DNA of 64,000 nt from Eledone cirrhosa. Its lineage: Eukaryota. Below the pieces are notes generated by a model. It made no database searches. It had not been told where the DNA came from and saw only the letters and a program-made list of their open reading frames with translations. The stretch lies in NCBI GenBank assembly GCA_964016885.1, contig OZ024755.1:38936001-39000000 (forward strand), given 5' to 3'. The position numbers were made by a program, and so were the translations under genes. Below are positions 45,001 to 54,100 of this stretch, one piece after another. Numbering within the stretch: the stretch's first letter is position 1; each line of letters opens with the position of its first letter.

Positions 45001-46401
45001 GGTGTCTCACTAAAGTGTCTTGTATTGGGGTGTCTCACTAAATGTCTTGTATTGGGGTGTCTCACTAAATGTCTTGTATTGAGGTGTCTCACTAAAGTGT
45101 CTTGTAATGGGGTGTCTCGCTAAAGTATCTTGTAGTGGGGTGTCTCACTAAAGTGTCTTGTATTGGGGTGTCTCACTAAAGTGTCTTGTATTGGGGTGTC
45201 TCACTAAAGTGTCTTGTATTGGGGTGTCTCACTAAAATGTCTTGTATTGGGGTGTCTCACTAAAGTGTCTTGTATTGGGGTGTCTCACTAAAATGTCTTG
45301 TATTGGGGTGTCTCACTAAAGTGTCTTGTATTGGGGTGCCTCACTAAAGTGTCTTGTATAGGGGTGTCTCACTAAATGTCTTGTATTGGGGTGTCTCACT
45401 AAATGTCTTGTATTGAGGTGTCTCACTAAAGTGTCTTGTAATGGGGTGTCTCGCTAAAGTATCTTGTAGTGGGGTGTCTCACTAAAGTGTCTTGTATTGG
45501 GGTGTCTCACTAAAGTGTCTTGTATTGGGGTGTCTCACTAAAATGTCTTGTATTGGGGTGTCTCACTAAAGTGTCTTGTATTGGGGTGCCTCACTAAAGT
45601 GTCTTGTATAGGGGTGTCTCACTAAATGTCTTGTATTGGGGTGTCTCACTAAATGTCTTGTATTGAGGTGTCTCACTAAAGTGTCTTGTAATGGGGTGTC
45701 TCGCTAAAGTATCTTGTAGTGGGGTGTCTCACTAAAGTGTCTTGTATTGGGGTGTCTCACTAAAGTGTCTTGTATTGGGGTGTCTCACTAAAGTGTCTTG
45801 TATTGGGGTGTCTCACTAAAGTGTCTTGTATTGGGGTGTCTCACTAAAGTGTCTTGTATTGGGGGTGACTCACCTAAATGACTTGTATTGGGGTGTCTCA
45901 CTAAAGTGTCTTGCATTGGGGTGTCTCACTAAAGTGTCTTGTATTGGGTTGTCTTATTAAAGTGTCTTGTATTGGGGTGTCTCACTAAAGTGTCTTGTAT
46001 TGGGGTGTCTCACTAAAGTGTCTTGTATTGGGGTGTCACACTAAAGTGTCTTGTATTGGGGTGTCACACTAAAATGTCTTGTATTGGGGTGTCACACTAA
46101 AGTGTCTTGTGTTGGGGTGTCTTACTAAAGTCTCTTGTATTGGGGTGTCTCACTAATGTGTCTTGTATTGGGGTGTCTCACTAAAGTGTCTTGTATTGGG
46201 GTGTCTCACTAAAATGTCTTGTATTGGGGTGTCTCACTAAAGTGTCTTGTAGTGGGGTGTCTCACTAAAGTGTCTTGCATTGTGGTGTCTCACTAAAGTG
46301 TCTTGTATTGGGGGTGTCTCACTAAAATGTCTTGTATTGGGGTGTCTCACTAAAGTGTCTTGTAGTGGGGTGTCTCACTAAAGTGTCTTGTATTGGGGTG
46401 T
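1..46401. repeat. 28-bp tandem satellite array (about 1,650 monomers, runs off the left edge of the window)
   Basis: Consensus GGGGTGTCTCACTAAAGTGTCTTGTATT repeats continuously, with 27-, 29- and 15-bp variants. It ends abruptly at ...tattggggtgt|atgactag (46401). All 60-80 aa ORFs here are frame-shifting translations of the unit. Confidence 0.99.
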
Positions 46402-46609
46402 ATGACTAGTTCAGAATAATTATAGTAGTTGTATTAACGTTACAATGACAACGTGTTTATGATAAAGTAGTTAGCTGGTAAGCCATTACTTTTGAGTCTA
46501 TTAACTATTTAGATAGTAGCCTGCTGGTATTCAAATATATATTAAAGCCATCAACTAAAATCTCATTATTACATAATGACTAATATATTTCTGTAGTTAA
46601 ATATTTGTT

Positions 46610-47525
46610 TTATTATAATGATTATTATCATGTCGTTCTTGCATCATGGTTTTCATTAGTGGGGTGTAAACAAACTGACATCAAGTCTGGCGACCTCAGA
46701 TAGCCACTACCTTTCGTAAGATATGGGCTGAGCCGAGAAGAGCTGATTTTTGCAGGCAGGAAATAATAAGTTGTATTCCAAGTTCTTCTAATTTCTTCTC
46801 CAATTTCTTTGGTATCGATCCCAGTTCATCAATAATAGGAATCACCTTTGCTTACATATTCCACAACCATGCTGTTTCTATTCTCAACTCTGAATAGTTC
46901 CTTATCTTTTCCTATTCTTTCTCTGACCCCCAGGGATTGTGACCTCAATTATCCAGCACTTTCTCTCCTCTTTTCCAATCATGACAATCTCAGATCTCCG
47001 GTGTTCAATAACTATTTCTGTTTGCACAGTCAGACCCCACCATATCTTTGTCATTCTCAGCTGCACTCTCCGGTTCATGACGATACCATTTCTCCTCCAT
47101 TTTAAATCCATATTTATGACAAAGTAACCAATGCAAGTGTATTCAGATCTTGTGGCGTGTCATATAATCCCTTTTCACAAGCAAAACCTCCCTACTCACC
47201 CCCATAGGCGCTGAGCTGGCCAGCCGCAGGTGTGAGCCCCGCGAGTTGGAGTGGCTTTTTCTAGCGCGTCTCCCTTGTCATTCTCCAGGGAAACACCATC
47301 TCTATTCTGTCTGCCGGGGCTGTGGGGAGTCAAGCCGATTATATTACAAATTCTGTTAATAGTCTTAAATACTTCAACAGTATGATGACCCATTATGTGT
47401 GTTACATTCTCCACTTTTGATCCACACAACTTACATTTGTCGCTATCACTTTGACCATGAGTTGGTGTTTAGGGCTTGATGCTGGGCTGCTAAAAGCAAA
47501 CGCTCCGTCTCTCTCTTCATATTAA
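46610..47525 (-). mobile_element. Degenerate 3' part of an R4/Dong-like non-LTR retrotransposon (zinc knuckle plus restriction-like endonuclease)
   Basis: Minus-strand translation across frameshifts gives MKRETERLLLAAQHQAL, DKCKLCGSKVENVTHIMG (CCHC knuckle), KRDYMTRH..HWLLCHKYG..WYRHEPE and KIWWGLTVQTEIVIEHRRSEIV..CWIIEVTIP. These match the R4/Dong pattern KILWDF.IQTD...RPDIV. A (TAA)-like tail lies at about 46610-46630. Boundaries are approximate. Confidence 0.85.
47185..47340 (+). mobile_element. CRE-clade (RLE) retroelement 3' fragment, copy 1, nested antisense in the R4-like element
   Basis: Encodes IGAELASRRCEPRELEWLF and RVSLVILQGNTISILSAG, matching the CRE-type C-terminal QR.S.A.QRGNA motif. 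The DNA is near-identical to the reverse complement of 62870-62930. Confidence 0.75.
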
Positions 47526-47624
47526 CCCCGGGTCGTTATCCTCTCCCTCCATTGGAGAATTTTCATTGTTGTATTTTTCTTGTTTATTATTGTTTTCCTA
47601 CTTTTTTGTTCGATTTTTGTGTAT

Positions 47625-48145
47625 GTGTGCAGTAATGCACCAGCTTCAACATTCAACACAGTAATCAGAAGAAGAGAGGTAGGTGTAAAAGTCAAACTTG
47701 CTATCTTCAACTCGGTTTTCGTGCCAACCCTTACTTAGGGTCATGAAACTTGGGTAATGACCGAAATAATACGATCGCAAATAAAAAGCGGAATGTGTGT
47801 AACTCGGAGATGAGAGAGTCACTCCAGGTAGAGCCGCTATTTCTCAGAATTGAGATATCACAGCTCCCATACTATGGTCATGTGGTTAGAATATCTCAGA
47901 AAAGAATCGTTAGAGAGATTTTACGGGCAAAACCAACCAGCAAGAGATCGGGGGGGGGGGGGGATAGACCCCGAACAAGATGGTTGAATAACATCCATGA
48001 GCTTGGCTGATCACGGTTGGGGATCCAGCTGGATCAATTAGAGGCGGTTGCTGAACTCGCTGGAAAGTGTGTTTAAGGACTCTGCCCCCACTACCCTCTC
48101 AGGGATGAGTGGGCGAAAAAGAAAAAAGAAGAAAAAGAAAAAGAA
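47625..48145 (+). mobile_element. RTE-clade LINE 3' end (Rex3/Expander-like), degenerate
   Basis: Translates to KVKLAIFNSVFVPTLT*GHETWVMTE.IRSQI, RNSEMRESLQVEPLFLRIEISQL.YYGHVVR and RPRTRWLNNIHELG*SRLGI. An A/G-rich tail follows at 48116-48145. Confidence 0.88.
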
Positions 48146-48303
48146 TATACAAAGGCAGTTGAGATATGGCAATTGAAATTTATTAGAAATATAGGTGTAC
48201 CATCGCATATATATATGAATAACACTACTCCGTATATTTAACACAAGATTGTGAAGAAAGGTGATCGCTGTATCAGAACTGACTGTTTCTAACTGTAAAT
48301 AAT

Positions 48304-48328
48304 TGTTTCTACTTTAGGCACAAGGCCA
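48304..48328 (-). mobile_element. Ultra-short SINE 3'-end insertion with a 19-bp target-site duplication
   Basis: tgtttctactttaggcacaaggcca matches the tails of the SINEs at 50028-50051 and 62676-62700. It is flanked by gtttctaactgtaaataat (48285-48303) and gtttctaactctaaataat (48329-48347). Confidence 0.7.
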
Positions 48329-48514
48329 GTTTCTAACTCTAAATAATAGGAGTGAGGTTTAGCTACCATGGTTGAAGTTATATACATATAGTTTCACCAT
48401 ACGACCTCGTTGTAAATAGGATACACTTTGAAGATTTTAATTATGTTTTGTTAAATGTAAAACAAAATGACAGCGCAAGATTATTGGTTGATATATGTAA
48501 CTGTTGAGTATTTT

Positions 48515-49440
48515 TGAAATTTACTTTAATCATTTCATTCAAGGTAATAAAGCCACTATAATGCAAGGATTTACCGATATGGGAAACAGACAAGGCAGAG
48601 ATAATATCATTCAATGACAGAGTAAAGATAACAATTAATGTTGCTTTTGAATTGTTTGTTAATTGTAGAGACAAGATGGAAGAAGCTGGAAGAGAATTCC
48701 ACGGGAGAGATGTTCGAGAGAAGAAGCTATTAAAATAGAATTTGTGATTGTATTTAGGAAGTAAAAGGGTGAGACGTAAATTTGATGCTCTGTTGAAACA
48801 GATGAAGGTAAAGCAACAAAGGGGAAAGACCGTCAGAAGAGTTCCTATGAAAGTATTTATAAAAAAAGGCAGAGAAAAGCAACGTTTCGACGGCATGATT
48901 GTGGTTAAAGCTGACATGATAAGTCAGAATTAATAACATTGACGATTCTTCTTTGGATTTTATCCACACTCTCATGGTGCGCAGCAGAATTACCAGACCA
49001 GATGTAGCAACAGTATACAATACAAAGAGAGTGGTACATTTATAAAGAAATAATATATATATTCAGGAGTGAAAAACTGTTCTGACACGGTAGGGTGAAC
49101 CAAGTTTCTGGGCAGCAGACCTGACAACCGATGTGATATAATAATTCTAGCTCATATCAGTGAAACATGTGAGACCAAGATGGCGTAAAGATTTGCACAC
49201 TTCGAGGATACGATCAGTGGTACTAATGGAAGGCAAAAGTGGTTATTTACGACCATTAAAATATAGAAGTTTAATGTTAGATGCCTTAAAGATTACAAGC
49301 CATTTCTTGTCCCCATCAACAACAAATCAAAGTTTATATTCGAGATCAGCTGCCAATTCATTTTTATCAAACACAAACAAATAAAGAGATTTGACATGAG
49401 ATACCACTCTGAGAAAATGAATAAATTCCAGTCAGCTTGA
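48515..49440 (-). mobile_element. CR1/Jockey-group LINE: RT C-terminal region and 3' end (degenerate)
   Basis: Minus strand gives ELAADLE..VVDGDKKWLVIFKASNIKLL (late RT motif), ESVDKIQRRIVNV, RRNVASLCLFYKYFH and FYFNSFFSRTSLPWNSLP, with many stops and frameshifts. Confidence 0.85.
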
Positions 49441-49449
49441 TAGTAACAC

Positions 49450-49946
49450 TGTACCAGTAATTTGCTATACTAGTGCCCAATTGTACCAATAATTTGCTAT
49501 ACTAGTGCCACATTGTACCAGTAATTTGCTATACTAGTGTCACATTGTACCAATAATTTGCTATACTAGTGCCACATTGTACCAGTAATTTGCTATACTA
49601 GTGCCCAATTGTACCAGTAATTTGCTTGACTAGTGCCACATTGTACCAGTAATTTGCTTGACTAGTGCCTAATTGTACCAGTAATTTGCTTGACTAGTGC
49701 CACATTGTACCAGTAATTTGCTTGACAAGTGCCACATTGTACCAGTAATTTGCTTGACAAGTGCCCAATTGTACCAGTAATTTGCTTGACTAGTGCCACA
49801 TTGTACCAGTAATTTGCTAGACTAGTGCCACATTGTACCAGTAATTTGCTTGACAAGTGCCCAATTGTACCAGTAATTTGCTAGACAAGTGCCACATTGT
49901 ACCAGTAATTTGCTGTACCAGTGCCACATTGTACCAGTAATTTGCT
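49450..49946. repeat. 32-bp minisatellite, about 15.5 copies
   Basis: Unit TGTACCAGTAATTTGCT(AT/TG)ACTAGTGCCACAT. GTACC recurs from 49451 to 49931 at exact 32-bp spacing. Confidence 0.97.
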
Positions 49947-50018
49947 GCACGAGCCGCGGCTAGTGCGAATTTTTGTCTTATAGTACGAGTGAAAGTCCGC
50001 AGTACGAGCGAGTTTCAT

Positions 50019-50198
50019 ATAATTAATTGTTTCTAATTTAGGCACAAGGCCTGTAATTACCCCAGTACAATACTGGTACTTTATTTTATCAACCCAGTAA
50101 AGATAAAAGGCAAAGTTAACCTCGGCGGGATTTGAACTCAGACCGTAAAGGGGCGTAACTCCATGCGGCAAAGCATAGCTCCGACTCTCTACCGATAC
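50019..50198 (-). mobile_element. tRNA-derived SINE (octopod-type), near full length
   Basis: Minus strand has a Pol III B box (GAGTTCAAATCC), then cgccgaggttaactttgcctt..gataaaataaagtaccagt..ggccttgtgcctaaattagaaac. It is homologous to 62611-62705. The family assignment is from recall. Confidence 0.85.
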
Positions 50199-50469
50199 AA
50201 TTAATAAAACCAGTTTACATATTTCTTTTGCATTCTCTTTTATTATGTTTTTATAATTGTCATTTTCCTTGTAAGTGGACCTTTTCTGTTTTAAAACCCA
50301 TACAAATTATTTTTGGGTGGTTATATGGGGCTGGAACAAATTATTTATATTTTGGTTAATTAAAATTGATTTGTCAAACAAGTAAATCGTAAAACAAGGT
50401 CAGTGATTGAATGAATTAAACTGGTACTGGAAGGTATCAGAGTATTATGAATTAGAGGTTCCTGACAAG

Positions 50470-51112
50470 AAGAAGTGGAGGAAAATATCGACAGACACCA
50501 CAACATGATTAGAATTGGGGAAAAGACTAAGGTGTTACACTGGACAAGAGTTAGATGAAGAGGTATGAAATAAATCAAGAAGTGCAGCATGTTGTTCGGA
50601 TTTATCGGGAAAGTGCGAGAGATTGAACGACTGGACATTAAAAGTGTGTATGGCAGCAACAGCAGTAGTGTTAGGATGAGGAAGATAGTTAATGAGATGA
50701 CCTTTGATGTCACCTACCACACAGATAATTGCAGAAGGGTTGAGTGACAGTGCCTTATCGATATTGTAAGAGATTTTATCAGGCACACTAATGTTGAGAT
50801 GAAGGGGGAGCAATAAAGAAAAGAGAAATAGATAACAGATTGTAGACAAAAGATGGAAATACATGAATGAACCAAGAGGAGACTCAAGAGACGGTCCCCT
50901 ACCTATTGGAAGATTTTCCAGAATAAAAACACCAAAATCATGCAAATGAATCACAGGTTCTTTTCTATAAAGAAGGAGATACCCTGGTACAGAGAATTCA
51001 CTGCTAGAAACTGAAGAATTGAAGTTTGTTCCACAAAGAGCCAAGAAAATGTTCCAAGAGAAAAACTTCAACAGTAAACTCATCAAAATAGGCTCATTAA
51101 ACCGTGAATTCT
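50470..51112 (-). pseudogene. APE/EEP endonuclease domain of a CR1/Jockey-group LINE (degenerate; probably the 5' part of the element at 48515-49440)
   Basis: Shows RIHGLMS (cf. NIRGL), LALCGTNF (cf. ALCETN), FSVPGYL, NIDKALSLNPSAIICVVGDIKGH (cf. GDFNAH), LLDLFHTS and PNSNHVVV (cf. SDH). Catalytic residues are mutated. Confidence 0.85.
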
Positions 51113-51117
51113 TTGAA

Positions 51118-54100
51118 GGGACAATGTTAGCTGTCCACTTAAGGACAACTGACCTAGGAACAATGTTAGCTGTCCACTTAAAGACAACTGGCCTATGGAC
51201 AATGTTAGCTGTCCACTTAAAGACAACTGGCCAAGGGACAATGTTAGCTGCTCACTTAAAGACAACTGGCCTAGGGACAGTGATAGCTGTCCACTTAAGG
51301 ACAACTGGTCTAGGGACAATGTTAGCTGTCCACTTAGAGAAAACTGGCCTAGGGACAATGTTAGCTGTCCACTTAAAGACAACTGGCCTAGGGACAATGT
51401 TAGCTGTCCACTTAAAGACAACTGACCAAGGGACAATGTTAGCTGTCCACTTAAAGACAACTGGCCTAGGGACAATGTTAGCTGTCCACTTAAAGACAAC
51501 TGGCCTAGGGACAATATTAGCTGTCCATTAAAAGACAACTGGCCTAGGGACAATGTTAGCTGTCCACTTAAAGACAACTGACCAAGGGACAATGTTAGCT
51601 GTCAACTTAAAGACAACTGGCCAAGGGACAATATTAGCTGTCCATTTAAAGACAACTGGCCTAGGGACAATGTTAGCTGTCCACTTAAAGACAACTGGTC
51701 TAGGGACAATGTTAGCTGTCCACTTAAGGACAACTGGTCTAGGGACAATGTTAGCTGTCCACTTAAAGACAACTGACCAAGGGACAATGTTAGCTGTCCT
51801 CTTAAAGACAACTGTCCTAGGGACAATGTTAGCTGTCCACTTAAAGACAACTGGCCTAGGGACAAAGTTAGCTGTCCACTTAAAGACAACTGACCAAGGG
51901 ACAATGTTAGCTGTCCACTTAAAGACAACTGACCAAGGGACAATGTTAGCTGTCCATTTAAAGACAACTGGCCTAGGGACAATATTAGCTGTCCACTTAA
52001 AGACAACTGGCCTAGGGACAATATTAGCTGTCCACTTAAAGACAACTGGTCTAGCGACAATGTTAGCTGTCCACTTAAGGACAACTGGTCTAGGGACAAT
52101 GTTAGCTGTCCACTTAAAGACAACTGACCAAGGGACAATGTTAGCTGTCCTCTTAAAGACAACTGTCCTATGGACAATGTTAGCTGTCCTCTTAAAGACA
52201 ACTGGCCTAGGGACAATGTTAGCTGTCCACTTAAAGACAACTGACCAAGGGACAATGTTAGCTGTCCACTTAAAGACAACTGACCAAGGGACAATGTTAG
52301 CTGTCCACTTAAAGATAACTGGCCTAGGGACAATGTTAGTTGTCCACTTAAAGACAACTGACCAAGGGACAATGTTAGCTGTCCATTTAAAGACAACTGG
52401 CCTAGGGACAATGTTAGCTGTCCACTTAAAGACAACTGGTCTAGGGACAATGTTAGCTGTCCACTTAAGGACAACTGGTCTAGGGACAATGTTAGCTGTC
52501 CACTTAAAGACAACTGGTCTAGGGACAATGTTAGCTGTCCACTTAAGGACAACTGGTCTAGGGACAATGTTAGCTGTCCACTTAAAGACATCTGACCAAG
52601 GGACAATGTTAGCTGTCCTCTTAAAGACAACTGTCCTAGGGACAATGTTAGCTGTCCTCTTAAAGACAACTGTCCTAGGGACAATGTTAGCTGTCCACTT
52701 AAAGACAACTGGCCTAGGGACAATGTTAGCTGTCCACTTAAAGACAACTGACATAGGGACAATGTTAGCTGTCCACTTAAAGACAACTGGCCTAGGGACA
52801 ATGTTATCTGTCCACTTAAAGACAACTGACCAAGGGACAATGTTAGCTGTCCTCTTAAAGACAACTGTCCTAGGGACAATGTTAGCTGTCCACTTAAGGA
52901 CAACTGGCCTAGGGACAATGTTAGCTGTCCACTTAAAGACAACTGGCCTAGGGACAATGTTAGCTGTCCACTTAAAGACAACTGGTCTAGGGACAATGTT
53001 AGCTGTCCACTTAAGGACAACTGGTCTAGGGACAATGTTAGCTGTCCACTTAAAGACATCTGACCAAGGGACAATGTTAGCTGTCCTCTTAAAGACAACT
53101 GTCCTAGGGACAATGTTAGCTGTCCACTTAAAAACAACTGGCCTAGGGACAATGATAGCTGTCCACTTAAAGACAACTGACCAAGGGACAATGTTAGCTG
53201 TCCATTTAAAGACAACTGGCCTAGGGACAATGTTAGATGTCCACTTAAAGACAACTGGTCTAGGGACAATGTTAGCTGTCCACTTAAGGACAACTGGTCT
53301 AGGGACAATGTTAGCTGTCCACTTAAAGACAACTGGTCTAGGGACAATGTTAGCTGTCCACTTAAGGACAACTGGTCTAGGGACAATGTTAGCTGTCCAC
53401 ATAAAGACATCTGACCAAGGGACAATGTTAGCTGTCCTCTTAAAGACAACTGTCCTAGGGACAATGTTAGCTGTCCACTTAAAGACAACTGACCTAGGGA
53501 CAATGTTAGCTGTCCACTTAAAGACAACTGGCCTAGGGACAATGTTATCTGTCCATTTAAAGACAACTGACCAAGGGACAATGTTAGCTGTCCTCTTAAA
53601 GACAACTGTCCTAGGGACAATGTTAGCTGTCCACTTAAAGACAACTGGCCTATGGACAATGTTAGCTGTCCACTTAAAGACAACTGGCCTAGGGACAATG
53701 TTAGCTGTCCACTTAAGGACAACTGGTCTAGGGACAATGTTAGCTGTCCACTTAAAGACAACTGACCAAGGGACAATGTTAGCTGTCCTCTTAAAGACAA
53801 CTGACCAAGGGACAATGTTAGCTGTCCACTTAAAGACAACTGTCCTAGGGACAATGTTAGCTGTCCACTTAAAGACAACTGGCCTAGGGACAATGTTAGC
53901 TGTCCACTTAAAGACAACTGGCCTAGGGACAATGTTAGCTGTCCACTTAAAGACAACTAACCAAGGGACAATGTTAGCTGTCCACTTAAAGACAACTGAC
54001 CAAGGGACAATGTTAGCTGTCCATTTAAAGACAACTGGCCTAGGGACAATGTTAGCTGTCCACTGAAAGACAACTGACCAAGGGACAATGTTAGCTGTCC

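Noticed and set aside
1-46401. CRISPR array (28-bp repeat with dyad symmetry)
   Set aside because: Units are contiguous with no unique spacers, there are no cas genes, and the context is eukaryotic transposons.
1-46401. Long-unit telomeric repeat containing TTGGGG
   Set aside because: The G-rich strand points toward the internal unique sequence, the wrong polarity for a left chromosome end. Block-duplicated variants indicate recombination rather than telomerase. Molluscan telomeres are TTAGGG.
1-46401. G-quadruplex array
   Set aside because: The GGGG runs are separated by 24 nt, far longer than typical stable loops.
50120-50198. Functional tRNA gene
   Set aside because: A B box is present, but no cloverleaf is evident and the sequence continues into a SINE body and tail.
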